The translations under genes were made by a program, and so were the position numbers. Shown here piece by piece: positions 6,851-16,995 of a DNA stretch of 64,000 nucleotides. The notes below the pieces were generated by a model, which saw only the letters and a program-made list of their open reading frames with translations, searched no databases and was not told the origin of the DNA. Every line of letters begins with the position of its first letter. The stretch's first letter is position 1. This stretch comes from Bryobacterales bacterium (GTDB lineage Bacteria; Acidobacteriota; Terriglobia; Bryobacterales; UBA6623): contig OZ241376.1 in the NCBI GenBank assembly GCA_965200705.1, positions 2,210,813 through 2,274,812 on the forward strand. The letters run 5' to 3'.

Positions 6851-7487
6851 GGAGGACGTTCACGTGGGCGGCGGCCTGCTGTGGTACTACCGCGAAGGGG
6901 ACAACACGGCGAGGGTGGCGCCGGACGTGTTCGTGGCGCTGGGGGTGCCGCGGGATCCGCCGCGGGACTCCTACAAGGTGTGGGAGGAGGGCAAGACGCC
7001 GGACTTCGTGCTGGAGGTGGCGGCGCCGTTGAAGGCGAGGCTGGACCGCGAGGGGAAGCGCGAGCTGTACCAGCGGCTGGGAGTGCGGGAGTACTGGATG
7101 CACGACCCGGACGGTGGGCTGCACAGGACGCGGCTGCAGGCGCTGCGGCTGGTGGGCGGAACCTACCGCGCCGTGAAGGTGGAGCGGGATGCCAGCGGTC
7201 ATATCCGGGCTCGGAGCAAGGTGCTGGGCCTGGACCTGCTGTTCGACGGGGACCGGCTTCGGATTTGGGATCCGGTGGCCGGCCGGTTCCTGCCTACGGT
7301 TGAGGAGTTGGAGGCGTGGGCAGAGGCCGAGCGGCGGCGACACGAGATCGAAGCGCGAGCCGAAGACGAGAAGAGGCGGCGACGCGAGGACGAGGCAAGG
7401 GCGGAAAGAGAACAGCTAGCGAGGGAAGAGTCCGAAGCCAAACACCGAGCGGAGATTGCAGCACTCAGGAAGCGGCTCGGCAACTAG
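6851..7487 (+). pseudogene. Uma2-family (DUF820) endonuclease, 5'-truncated, with a C-terminal charged coiled coil
   Basis: ..EDVHVGGGLLWYYREGDNTARVAPDVFVALGVPRD..YKVWEEGKTPDFVLEVAAP..REYWMHDP matches the middle and C-terminal part of Uma2 proteins. About 60-80 N-terminal residues are missing. Family similarity starts exactly at the repeat boundary, and the first in-frame start is the GTG at 6864. Confidence 0.75.
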
Positions 7488-7986
7488 GCTCGTGTGGTTG
7501 GCAGTGCCCCGTCACGTCTCGACGGGGGAGGCTGTAGGACTGAGCGTGAGAGCGGCGGAAATGCCATCCGGCGTGGCTCTGTCCTCGTGGGCTTGTCAGC
7601 GGTCCCAGACTAGGATGCCGACTGATTGAGCGCTGACACCTTGGTGTAATCTGGCCCACCCAAGGGTCGGGGAAGAGCCTTACGTTGGCGCCCTAGACCG
7701 GAAACTCTGTCTAGGAGCCGCCGATGGTGAGTCCCGCTGCCGTGCCGACCAACCGCAAAGCATTGAGAAGCTGGCCGACGAGGAATGCCCCCGATTACTG
7801 TCCCGGCGCAAGTCACTGGATTCCGCAGTGCGGTGCGCGGACATCGGTGCCACGGTATGCGCACGACGATTATCGGAAAACCATGGCGAAACCCTCGGAG
7901 TTCACCCCTCCGTGCGATCGAAGCGAACCGGACCTAAGCGCGAAGGATTCCTTCCCAAGGCGCGTAGCAGACCCGTCCCGCGGCCG

Positions 7987-9192
7987 CTAGCCCCGTCTCA
8001 GAGGACCAAAGAACCGACGCCAGCACATCGCCAGACCGGTCCAGACCATGACTGCGACGCCAAGCGAGACGACACCGGCGATCGACTGTCCGATCACTCC
8101 ATACACCTCTCCGGTGTGCGCAAACCGCAGCCAGCGGCGCACCTTTAGGCCGGGACTGTAGGTCGGGTAGCCCGACCGTTCGACCAAGTCGCCGGTTGAC
8201 CGGTCGAACAGAAGCTGTTCCGTTTTCGAAGGCTGACGGCCCGTACCGCGGTCCACCATTATCGAGACGGGCTCACGCACGGACTGGGGCAAGCTCAGCC
8301 GGATCGTCCGCCATTCGGGTGTCTCCGCAACTGCCTTCGCGGCCAGGGTCTCAAGATCGACCAACGGGGCTGCCGGATCCGACCGAGCGGACTCAGGTTC
8401 CGACGCGGCAGACTGCGACGGTGCGCTCGAAGCCTGAGAAGGCGGAGTGTCGCTGGCAAGCCAGTAGACAAAGTCTCCCGCCCACTGATAGGAGATCGAG
8501 GCGCCGCTGGCGATGATGATGGCGAGCGGAACAGCCGACCAGAAGCCGATCACGCTGTGCCAATTGAAGTTGCGGGCACGGCCGGTAAGTCCGCGCCTGA
8601 ACCACAGGACCTGTCGCCACGCTGCCCTGCTCTTGGTGGATGGCCACCAAAGGTAGCACCCGCTCACAAGCAGGAACAGGAAGCCGAGGTTGGCAGTGGC
8701 CGTGAACGTGCGGCCGATGATCCGGTAGTCCCCTTCGAGAGCGAACCACCTGTGCCAGTACATGACGCTACGCAGGAAGCGTCGCGTCTGTGTGTTCCCG
8801 TCGCCCACCTTCTCGCCCGTGAAACGGCTGACGTATTCGTTGGCCCTGTCGATCCGGACGACCGCCGGCTCCAGCGGATCCTTCGTCACTGCTATCGAAC
8901 TGACACGAACGCCCGGCGACCTAGCGCTGACCTGCGCGACAAGATCGTCGAGCGCAAGCGGCGCAACGCCCACGGGTGACGGTTCGGCAAGATAGCCGCG
9001 AAGGGCCCAGCGATTGAATTGCGCCTCGTAGGTGAGGATCACGCCGGTCGCAGCCATCATGAACACCACGATGGCTGCGGCAACGCCGACCGCAAGATGT
9101 ATCCAGAAGATCGCCCTGCGCAGGGCCATTACTTGCAAAGTATGCCGAACCGCTCGGCCAGCCCGCCGGAGAGTGCCGTCGAACCGCACCAC
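7987..9192 (-). CDS. PepSY-associated TM-helix domain protein (PiuB-like)
   Basis: RRAIFWIHLAVGVAAAIVVFMMAATGVILTYE..RSVMYWHRWFAL..GCYLWWP..NFNWHSVIGFW..RWLRFAHTGEVYG. The start may instead be the MALRRAIFW Met at 9129. Confidence 0.85.
   Translation of the reverse strand: MVRFDGTLRRAGRAVRHTLQVMALRRAIFWIHLAVGVAAAIVVFMMAATGVILTYEAQFNRWALRGYLAEPSPVGVAPLALDDLVAQVSARSPGVRVSSIAVTKDPLEPAVVRIDRANEYVSRFTGEKVGDGNTQTRRFLRSVMYWHRWFALEGDYRIIGRTFTATANLGFLFLLVSGCYLWWPSTKSRAAWRQVLWFRRGLTGRARNFNWHSVIGFWSAVPLAIIIASGASISYQWAGDFVYWLASDTPPSQASSAPSQSAASEPESARSDPAAPLVDLETLAAKAVAETPEWRTIRLSLPQSVREPVSIMVDRGTGRQPSKTEQLLFDRSTGDLVERSGYPTYSPGLKVRRWLRFAHTGEVYGVIGQSIAGVVSLGVAVMVWTGLAMCWRRFFGPLRRG
8615..8663. repeat. Arm 2 of the 49-bp inverted repeat, inside the PepSY coding sequence
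   Basis: It encodes GCYLWWPSTKSRAAW of the PepSY protein on the minus strand. Confidence 0.95.
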
Positions 9193-9270
9193 GTGGGGTG
9201 CCTATGCGGCTCCCGCAACCGCGCACGCCAAGGTCAAGACCGAGAGCGCAGGCGGTTTCTCAATCGCCCC

Positions 9271-9438
9271 TTACTCGGTGGAGTCGCTATCCGAGGGGCT
9301 TTCCGGTTCGCTCTCGGACCCACCGTCGGAGTCGGTCCCACCGGGGCAGGCGGTGGCTAGAGCGACACCCGCCGCGATTGATCCAATCGCCACCGCGCGT
9401 GACACGAACGAACGACGGTCAACCCGAGTTGAGGTCAT
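9271..9438 (-). CDS. 55-aa Tat-signal/lipobox peptide with a very acidic Ser/Asp/Glu tail
   Basis: GAGGA precedes the ATG. It reads MTSTRVDRRSFVSRAVAIGSIAAGVALATAC|PGGTDSDGGSESEPESPSDSDSTE*, with a twin-arginine motif and an LATAC lipobox. It lies just upstream of, and co-oriented with, the PepSY gene. Confidence 0.5.
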   Translation of the reverse strand: MTSTRVDRRSFVSRAVAIGSIAAGVALATACPGGTDSDGGSESEPESPSDSDSTE

Positions 9439-9640
9439 TTCCTCGTCCCTCAGCGATGCCTGACGACCAGTGGTGGGCCTAGAGTCTTCCTGTCTGCGCA
9501 TGATGCTTCTCCTGTCCATCGAGCGTGGAAAAGACGCAACATAGTAGCATATAGGCGCCCAACAAGGGGTGCCAATCAGCGAGGGCCCGTGCCGGTGCGG
9601 CACGACGGCTCACTGTCACGATCGTCCAGAGAACGCGTGC

Positions 9641-10849
9641 ATGATGGCGGATCACGGCACTGGGCCAGCGGGCGGCCGCGACTGGTTCGACTGGCTCATC
9701 GATCCGCTGCCAACCGACCAGTTTGAACGCGACTACTACGAGCGGCGACCGATTCACATTCGTCGCGACGCATCTCGGTACTACGCCGAGCTGCTCTCGG
9801 TCAACGACCTAGACACCGTGCTTGGCACACATGCGGCCAGCTATCCCGACATCAGCCTAGTTCGGGAAGGCGGCGATGTCGATCCAAGCGAGTACACGAG
9901 CGGCGGAACCAAGATCCAACCGCTCGAGGTCGCGCGGTGCTTCGATGACGGAGCGACCGTGATCTTTCGGCAGCTACACAGACGTGTACCGTCCCTAGCG
10001 CAGATCTGCGTGGCTCTGGGGCGCCACTTCTCTTCGCGTGTCCAGACGAACGTGTACCTGACTCCGCCCGGCGAGCAGGGATTCGCCCCTCATTGGGACA
10101 CGCACGATGTCTTCGTGTTGCAACTGAGTGGCATGAAGCGCTGGTCGCTCTACGACACCAAGGTGAGGCTGCCCCTGAAGGGCCAGCGCTTCGAGCGGGG
10201 CATGCCGCCTGGCGACCTTCAAGACGAATTCGATCTTGGACCGGGCAGCGCCGTATACCTTCCACGTGGCCTGATGCACTCCGCCCGTTCGACGGGCGAG
10301 GCGTCGCTGCACATCACGCTGGGGCTCACGGCCTTCACGTGGGCGGAGTTCCTAGCCGAGAGCGTCGCTGCAGCAGCGCTCGGGGAGGACTCGCTGCGCG
10401 AGAACCTTCCCCGGCGATTCGCCCTCGATAGCTTCCCCACGGCCGAGCGCACGCGTCTGTTCGCGGAGAAGCTGCAGGTGGTGCAGTCCCGGTTCGACCC
10501 CGGGGTGGTCTGGCGGCGATTCACGGACGAGGTGCTGGCCACCGACGTACCGCTGTTCACCGACCTTCTCAGCCAGCGACTCAGCCATGAACAGCTGTCG
10601 CACACCTCGCGCGTGAGGCCTCGAGCTGGCCTGCTCAAGGAAGCCCTGACGGACGGTGACATGTGCCTTCTCAGGTTTGGCGGCCGCGAACTCAGGTTGC
10701 CCGGCCGGGTGTGGCCTGCGCTCCACTTCGCTACAACCACCGACGAGTACACAGCAACGGATCTGCCCGACTGCCTGGATGCGCAGGGGAAACTGACCTT
10801 GGTGGCGCGACTGGTCAGGGAGGGCGTCCTTCAGCGGATCTCTTCCTGA
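9641..10849 (+). CDS. JmjC/cupin-4 family oxygenase (RoxA/YcfD-like)
   Basis: ..NVYLTPPGEQGFAPHWDTHDVFVLQLSGMKRWSLY..GSAVYLPRGLMHSARS shows the HxD...H facial triad in a cupin fold. The ATG at 9641 is preferred over the track start. Confidence 0.85.
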   Translation: MMADHGTGPAGGRDWFDWLIDPLPTDQFERDYYERRPIHIRRDASRYYAELLSVNDLDTVLGTHAASYPDISLVREGGDVDPSEYTSGGTKIQPLEVARCFDDGATVIFRQLHRRVPSLAQICVALGRHFSSRVQTNVYLTPPGEQGFAPHWDTHDVFVLQLSGMKRWSLYDTKVRLPLKGQRFERGMPPGDLQDEFDLGPGSAVYLPRGLMHSARSTGEASLHITLGLTAFTWAEFLAESVAAAALGEDSLRENLPRRFALDSFPTAERTRLFAEKLQVVQSRFDPGVVWRRFTDEVLATDVPLFTDLLSQRLSHEQLSHTSRVRPRAGLLKEALTDGDMCLLRFGGRELRLPGRVWPALHFATTTDEYTATDLPDCLDAQGKLTLVARLVREGVLQRISS

Positions 10850-11008
10850 CTTCGGACAAGTCGGCCGATTCAGAAGCGCATAAAATCACTGGGGTCTCTT
10901 CGGACGGGGCACTGCTCGCTAACGAGCGAAGTGGGCGACTGGCTGACCCCTAATCAGTCTCGATGAGTTGGCTGCGACCATAGGGGTGATGCCGAAGAAG
11001 GAGAATCC

Positions 11009-11830
11009 ATGAAGCGGTCCGTTGCCATCCTCTTGGCTGCGCTGCCCCTGTATGCGGCACCTACCATCGACCTGTCCTTGGAAGAGCTGATCAGCGAGGG
11101 CTCCGCGCAGTTTGCAAAGAGCTGCGCCGTCGGCTACTGCCATGGATCCGAGGGACGGTCGGCGCGTGGTCCTGCGCTACGCGACCGGGTCTGGGACCCT
11201 CACGACCTCTACCGCATCACCGCCGAGGGGCTTCCCGGGACCAGCATGCCTGGCTGGCACGCCATTCTGGGCACTGAAGGGATTTGGGCCGTTACCGCGT
11301 ATGTGCTTAGCCTTTCGAGCGAACCGCCGACCGGTGCTGCGGCGCTAGTGGAGGCGACGGCCGAACCCGGCGGCCAAGAGCCTTCCGAACTGTCCGACAG
11401 AGCTGCCCGCGGCAAGTTCCTGTTCTTCGACCTGACGCGTATGCAACGCTGCGCCGTCTGCCACGAGATGGATGGGCTGGGAACCGCCGTGGGTCCCAAC
11501 CTTGCGATCGCAGCGCAGTCCAAGACCAGCGAAGAGCTGACGCGGGACATCCTCGAGCCGCACGCGACCATCGCATATGGGTTCGAGCAGTTGCAGCTGA
11601 CGCTGAATTCCGGGGAACGCATCGAAGGAGTGTTGGCAGACGAATCCGAAGGCGTCGTGCAGGTCTTCGACGCCGCCTCCGTGCCGCCACCACTGCGGTC
11701 GGTACGGAAGACGGATCTGCGAAGCCAGCGGACCGTCAGCCGGTCTTCGATGCCCGAGGACCTCGCCACCGTCTACACGGGGGACGAGCTCGCAGCAATC
11801 GTCGCCTATCTCGACGAGAGCGCAGAGTAG
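11009..11830 (+). CDS. Secreted di-haem c-type cytochrome with a Pirellula/Verrucomicrobium-type haem-binding domain
   Basis: A signal peptide is followed by CAVGYCH (CX4CH) and CAVCH (CXXCH). The second domain reads ..GPNL..ILEPHATIAYGFEQ..SMPEDLA..LAAIVAYL. Confidence 0.85.
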   Translation: MKRSVAILLAALPLYAAPTIDLSLEELISEGSAQFAKSCAVGYCHGSEGRSARGPALRDRVWDPHDLYRITAEGLPGTSMPGWHAILGTEGIWAVTAYVLSLSSEPPTGAAALVEATAEPGGQEPSELSDRAARGKFLFFDLTRMQRCAVCHEMDGLGTAVGPNLAIAAQSKTSEELTRDILEPHATIAYGFEQLQLTLNSGERIEGVLADESEGVVQVFDAASVPPPLRSVRKTDLRSQRTVSRSSMPEDLATVYTGDELAAIVAYLDESAE

Positions 11831-11878
11831 TTGCGCACGTAGCGCGGGGCAATGCCCAGACGGGATATGGCCCTTCGC

Positions 11879-13231
11879 CTACGCCCGGCTGAAGACCGAG
11901 TCGTTCAGCGAGCCGGTGCTGTCCGCAAACGACTCCAGTCCGATGCCCATGGAGCGCAGGATGCTGACGTACATGTTGGCCATGTGCGAGTCGCCGTTGC
12001 GCCAGTATTGCCCATGCTTCAGTCCCATGCCCGCGCCGCCAGCCACCAAGGTGGGCAGGTTGGTCGGATTATGCGTCGTGCTGGCACCGCTGCCGTACAG
12101 GACGATCGTGTTGTCGAGCACGGTGCCCTCACGGTCGCGGTAGCTGTTCATACGCTCGAAGAAGTGCGCGAGCTGCTCGCTTAGGAACAAGTCGTACTTG
12201 GCGAACTGGTGCTGCCCTTCCTTGTCGGTCGCGTGCGAGAGCTTGTGGTGGGTATGGGTAAGGCCGAGCTTCAGGGGGAACGTGTCGCTGATGCCCATGC
12301 CATCCTCGCGATTGAGCATGAACGCGATGGAGCGCGTGATGTCCGCGTCGAAGGCCAGCGAGATCAGGTCGAACATCGTGCGGTAGTAGTCGGCCGGCTC
12401 CCCCTCCGGCGTCGCGTCGAGGTCCAGGTGCGAGTAGTCCTGCTCCTTGATGGGAATGTCGATCCAGCGCTCGGAGGCGATCAGACGAGACTCGACCTCG
12501 TTCAGCGAGGTCAGGTACTGGTCCATGCGCTCGCGGTCCGAACTGCCGAGCTGGCGGTCAAGGGAACGTGCACTGTCGGCAACCGCGTCCACGAGCTTGA
12601 TGCGCTTCTGCAGCTGGGTGCGCTGCGTCTCGAGCGATGCGCGGTCTCCCCGGAACAGGCGGTCGAACACGCGGCGAGGGTTGTTCTCGGCCGGAATCGG
12701 ACGCCCTTCGAGGCTGTAGGAGATCGTGCCCGTACGGGACAGGAACCCAGTGCCGGCATCGATCGAAAGCACCAGCGAGGGCTGGCGGCAGAACTGCTTC
12801 GTGTGCTGGGCAACGATCTGGTCAAGGCTGACGGTGTTATACGTGCTCGAAGTCGGGTTGTGCAGCGGCGCGCCGGTGAGCCACATGTCCGAGCAGGTGT
12901 GCGGGTCGGCCTTCGGTCCGCTTGGGTGGTGCAACCCACCCATGAAGCTCAGCTGGCCGCGGAATGGACGCAGTGGCTCGGTGGACTTGCCGAAGACGAA
13001 CTCGCCACCTTCGTCCGAGGCGGTCGGGAACCAGCTCCACTCGTCGATCGCGTTCTCGGCCCGTGGCAGGGACATGCCGTTGGCCGTGTACAGGGCACAG
13101 AAGCGACGTGGAACGTCCTCCGCCACCGAGGCGCCCATGGCGTCCAGCACAGGCAGCGCCAGCGAGATCCCCCCGATGCCACGAAGAAATGCGCGGCGGT
13201 CGATGGTCTGTTTCGTGCCTACGAGTCTCAT
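11879..13231 (-). CDS. DUF1552 domain protein (Tat signal)
   Basis: [32 protein letters not shown].. is the typical DUF1552 N-terminus, and the gene is paired with a DUF1592-type gene upstream. Confidence 0.9.
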   Translation of the reverse strand: MRLVGTKQTIDRRAFLRGIGGISLALPVLDAMGASVAEDVPRRFCALYTANGMSLPRAENAIDEWSWFPTASDEGGEFVFGKSTEPLRPFRGQLSFMGGLHHPSGPKADPHTCSDMWLTGAPLHNPTSSTYNTVSLDQIVAQHTKQFCRQPSLVLSIDAGTGFLSRTGTISYSLEGRPIPAENNPRRVFDRLFRGDRASLETQRTQLQKRIKLVDAVADSARSLDRQLGSSDRERMDQYLTSLNEVESRLIASERWIDIPIKEQDYSHLDLDATPEGEPADYYRTMFDLISLAFDADITRSIAFMLNREDGMGISDTFPLKLGLTHTHHKLSHATDKEGQHQFAKYDLFLSEQLAHFFERMNSYRDREGTVLDNTIVLYGSGASTTHNPTNLPTLVAGGAGMGLKHGQYWRNGDSHMANMYVSILRSMGIGLESFADSTGSLNDSVFSRA

Positions 13232-13237
13232 GATCGG

Positions 13238-16200
13238 TCAGTTCTCCAGAAACAAATCGCTTGCGACGACATGGTGCACCATGTCCCGCATCCGGTACCC
13301 ACCAGGGGCCAACGCAAGCGCGTCTCGCTTCAGCTGCCGGAGTTCATTGTACTTCAGGGTGCGGCCATTGGCGTACGTCAAAAGGTGCTTCAGAACGCTG
13401 AAGGCCACCTGGTCGATGCGGTCGTCCGCCAGATAACGCTTCAGTTCGCGAACTCCCGCGATCTCGGTGCCGTCCGGCAGAGCGGAAGCTGCGTCCACCT
13501 GCTCCGCCTTGAATCGGCCGGCTGCGTCGATCTCCTCGAACGGCACACCCCACGGATCGATCTTCTTGTGGCATTCAGCGCATCCGGGCTGGTTCCGGTG
13601 CATCTCGAGACGCTTGCGCAACGACAACCCCTCGGTCTCGAGCGACAGGTCCGGCACGTTCGGCGGCGGCGGATCGGGCGGCTCGGCTACGATCTTGCGG
13701 GCGACCCACGCACCGCGCTTGACAGGGTTCGACTCCCGCCCGTCGGACAGTCCGGCCATGACTGCGGCCTGCGAGAGCAGTCCACCGAGCTCCGGACGGC
13801 CGTGTGGCACGGCCACGAACTCGAGTCCAGACTCGACCATTTCACCCAGTCCGTAGTAACTGGCCACCACCTCGTTGGCCATCAGGAAGTCGGACTCGAC
13901 GAAGTTGCTGGCGGGAAGGTTGTGGCGGATCAAATACTGGAGCAGCTCGACCGGCTCCTGCCGCAAGTTCACGCGGGCTTCGCGGGTCAGGAGCGGGAAG
14001 CGCTCGCGATCAGGCTCCAGGACATCGAATTTGTCTAGGGCGAGCCACTGCGACGTGAACTGCTGCGCAAACTCCGAGAAGCGGGGATCCGCGATCATGC
14101 GGTCCACTTCCTCGGTCAGCTGGCCGCGGAGGGCTCCCTGCTCGGCAAGATTCCTGGTGCGCTGGTCGGGAGGACCATTCCAAAGGAAGTACGACAGCTT
14201 CGATGCAAGCTCGGTCTCTTCGATTGGCTCTGCCTCGGGAGTCTCGCTGCTCTCCACGAGGAGCAGGAACTGCGGTGATGTCAGGGCGACGCGCAACGCG
14301 TCGGCGATGCTCTCGCGGAAGCCGGCTCTCCCGTCGAAGGCCTGCCGGTACGCTCCCAGCAGGGCGGTCTCCTCCTGCGGCCTGGCGGGCCGCCGAAACG
14401 CCCTGGCGGCGAAACTGCGGATGATCTCCCGCGCGTAGGCTTCGCCATCGGACCTACGGCCGGACTCCACGAAGATGCTCTGGTGCGAGCGCGGAGGCCA
14501 GCTCTCGTAGAACGGGCCCTCGAACTCCACCGAGCGCACCAAGAGCCGCGGCATGTCGCGTCCGTCCGTGTGCTCGCTCCGAACGGCGATCTCGCGGATC
14601 CCCGCCAGATAGTTGACGTTGTCTTCCTCGACATCGGGACTCGGATAGTCGCGGATCGCGCCCTCGAACACGAACTTCGAGATCTCGTCACTGTGAACGG
14701 GCTGGGCCTTGCCAACCGGAGCGAACGTGCTCCCGCAGTCGCGCCGGAGTCCGAGATGCACGCCGAGCCGCGGTACGCGCGCCTCGAATGCCTCGAAGCG
14801 ATCCCGGATTTCGTGGTCCTCAGGCAGCGGAGTCAGGACCACCTGCTCGATTGGCCTGGGGCCGTTCCGCACCACGCCCACCTCGAGCGGTCCCGCCGGG
14901 AGCCGCAATGCGACGAAGGCGGGCCGGTCGAGTGTGCGAGCGAATTCCCGCTTGCCCAGCGACAGGCTCACTTCCTGCGGCTTGTCGGGAGGTGGCTCCA
15001 CGAACCGGCGACCGGGCTCCACCAGCGTCTGCAACTCGGCCGGCTCCAAGGCGCGACGGTAGAGGCGCGCATCGGCGATTTCACCGACGAAGTTCGGCGT
15101 GTCCCCAACGCGACCGATCTGGAGATCGAGGTCTAGGTTGCCCAGGTTCTCCGCATCAAGAGATCCCGTCGCCATCGGGTATCCGTTGACGTATAGTTGC
15201 GTGCCCCCTTTGCCTCTCCGCACCACAGCGGCCACGTGCTGCCACTTCTTCGCCTTGATCATTCGCAACGGGGAGACGACACTGCCGGCCGAGGTCAGGT
15301 CAGGTCCCAAGGCACCTATGCCAAGCGCACCCCGCTGGTCGGCCAGTTCGAAGTACCATCCACGCGCCCACTCGTGCGAACCGAGAGCCACAATGCCCGA
15401 CCTCTGCAACTTCTCCGGACGGATCCATGCCGCCACCGTGAAGTCCCCCTCGCCCACGTCCATCGAGGGCCGGGCCTCGAGACTGACCCAGTCACCGGTT
15501 CCCTGCAGCGACACCGCCTCGCCCAAGGGCGAGTCCACGACGCTGGCGCCTCCGTGACGGCGGATCGCCTCGCTTTCGTCTCGGGGCCAGGTGCCTGACA
15601 GATCCCGCATCAGATCGGTGGCGGGCGAGGGTGGCGGAGGCACGGGTCGCGAACCTTCGTGCACATCCACCTGGTACACGCCGCCACGCTCGATCGTGAC
15701 GGGACGGGCTTCACCGGGTTCGGCAAGGACGATCGCCTTCGGGCCGGCGGGATCCTGCGGGCCGTCGCCCTTGTCCAGCAGCAGACCGTCGTCATACCTT
15801 GCGGCATGAACCGTCACGCGGAAGCGCCCGTAGTCCGGCAGTTCGCGCACCGAGATCTTGAAGTTGGCCTTCGGGCCATAGGTGCCCTCGCTTCGGAAGA
15901 TCTCGTCCGTCGGGATTGCGGGCCGAAGCAGCAGACCCTCCGGCACGGTTGTGTAGGGCGTGCCCTTGGGGTAGCCCTTGCTGCCCCGCATCCCGGCGAA
16001 CACAGCGTGGTAGAGACTGTCGTAGTCGCGCCACCCGCGCACCGTGGCATTGCCCTTGTAGCCCTCGTGGAAACGGTACTTGGTCCGCATTCTGCGGTGC
16101 TCGAACGGAAATTCTTTCTCCGGCACCGGCTCCTCGATGACGTAGTCGGCGTCGTCCAGAAGCTGGCTGTTGGCGCCGAGGATGAGCTTCACAGGCAGCG

Positions 16201-16888
16201 GCGTCGGGTTGAGCGCCCGTCCCAGATCCACGCGGAACCTCTGGATGTCGGGCTTGGTGTCCGGATCGACGATCGCGTGCCCCAGGGCCTCCGAAGCGAT
16301 GTCGAAGTAGGCCTCCATCAGCAGCGGTGAGAACTCCAGCGTTTCGGCATTGTTCACGAAGCCGTCCTCAGACACGGCGTCGGGCGGCAGGATGTCCGTC
16401 AGGTCGTCCTCCAGATGCAGGAGGTCCCTAATCGTGTTGCGGTACTGGGCAACCGTAAGGCGCCGCACGCTGCCGTTCTTCGGTGTGGGACGGGATCGGG
16501 CAAAGTCCAAGGCGCGCTCGATCCACGCAACCGCAGCGCTGCGGTCGGACTTCGTGGGCTGCGGAGCACCCTCCGGCGGCATCGATCCGTCGCGAAGGTG
16601 GCGGTGAATGGCCTCCCAGAGCCGCATGCGCCGATCCGGAAGCGAGCCGTCCAGCACGTCGAGGCGGATGCCCGACAGCGCCACGGTCTCGTTGTGGCAC
16701 GGAAGGCAGGTGCTGGCAATGAACGGCTGCAGCCCGTCCTCGAAGGACGGCCCAACGGGCGTCGAAACCGCCTCGGCGGCGCGGGCGGAGACCGCATGGC
16801 CGATCCATGCCGCGAGTGCGGCCACCACTAGCGCAACGACACTTGACGTGCGCGCACCACGGAGCCCAGCGTGATCAATCATTGGCAA
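13238..16888 (-). CDS. DUF1587/DUF1592/DUF1595/DUF1588/DUF1585-type giant protein with an N-terminal CxxCH and an inserted LamG-like domain
   Basis: 1216 aa. It carries [12 protein letters not shown].., a LamG-like block [40 protein letters not shown], and C-terminal ..[12 protein letters not shown]. Confidence 0.9.
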   Translation of the reverse strand: MPMIDHAGLRGARTSSVVALVVAALAAWIGHAVSARAAEAVSTPVGPSFEDGLQPFIASTCLPCHNETVALSGIRLDVLDGSLPDRRMRLWEAIHRHLRDGSMPPEGAPQPTKSDRSAAVAWIERALDFARSRPTPKNGSVRRLTVAQYRNTIRDLLHLEDDLTDILPPDAVSEDGFVNNAETLEFSPLLMEAYFDIASEALGHAIVDPDTKPDIQRFRVDLGRALNPTPLPVKLILGANSQLLDDADYVIEEPVPEKEFPFEHRRMRTKYRFHEGYKGNATVRGWRDYDSLYHAVFAGMRGSKGYPKGTPYTTVPEGLLLRPAIPTDEIFRSEGTYGPKANFKISVRELPDYGRFRVTVHAARYDDGLLLDKGDGPQDPAGPKAIVLAEPGEARPVTIERGGVYQVDVHEGSRPVPPPPSPATDLMRDLSGTWPRDESEAIRRHGGASVVDSPLGEAVSLQGTGDWVSLEARPSMDVGEGDFTVAAWIRPEKLQRSGIVALGSHEWARGWYFELADQRGALGIGALGPDLTSAGSVVSPLRMIKAKKWQHVAAVVRRGKGGTQLYVNGYPMATGSLDAENLGNLDLDLQIGRVGDTPNFVGEIADARLYRRALEPAELQTLVEPGRRFVEPPPDKPQEVSLSLGKREFARTLDRPAFVALRLPAGPLEVGVVRNGPRPIEQVVLTPLPEDHEIRDRFEAFEARVPRLGVHLGLRRDCGSTFAPVGKAQPVHSDEISKFVFEGAIRDYPSPDVEEDNVNYLAGIREIAVRSEHTDGRDMPRLLVRSVEFEGPFYESWPPRSHQSIFVESGRRSDGEAYAREIIRSFAARAFRRPARPQEETALLGAYRQAFDGRAGFRESIADALRVALTSPQFLLLVESSETPEAEPIEETELASKLSYFLWNGPPDQRTRNLAEQGALRGQLTEEVDRMIADPRFSEFAQQFTSQWLALDKFDVLEPDRERFPLLTREARVNLRQEPVELLQYLIRHNLPASNFVESDFLMANEVVASYYGLGEMVESGLEFVAVPHGRPELGGLLSQAAVMAGLSDGRESNPVKRGAWVARKIVAEPPDPPPPNVPDLSLETEGLSLRKRLEMHRNQPGCAECHKKIDPWGVPFEEIDAAGRFKAEQVDAASALPDGTEIAGVRELKRYLADDRIDQVAFSVLKHLLTYANGRTLKYNELRQLKRDALALAPGGYRMRDMVHHVVASDLFLEN

Positions 16889-16995
16889 CCGGGGACCTTG
16901 GGGCGTGGCGTGGCGCGGTGGCCCTAGCCCAAGCGTCCAAGATCATGGTAAACGGTCGGCTTGCTGGACGGCTGAGCGGATACCATCGAGTGGCC

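Noticed and set aside
7720-7880. A cobalamin-riboswitch-like sequence (..GGTGAGTCCCGC..CCCCCGATTACTGT..GTCACTGG..)
   Set aside because: Only scattered resemblance to the B12-box/ACTGT motifs was seen, and I could not fold a consistent structure. There is no downstream gene on that strand, since the PepSY gene converges on it.
12209-14038. A 609-aa plus-strand ORF, with similar long ORFs 43889..45091+, 46736..47965+, 62264..63754-, 26340..27149-, 35406..36482+, 36491..37444+ and 20661..21269-
   Set aside because: Each is antisense to a gene with strong family signatures (DUF1552/DUF1592, VWA, DUF3500, PSCyt-DUF1553/DUF1080, topA, addAB, polyprenyl synthase), and none has motifs of its own.
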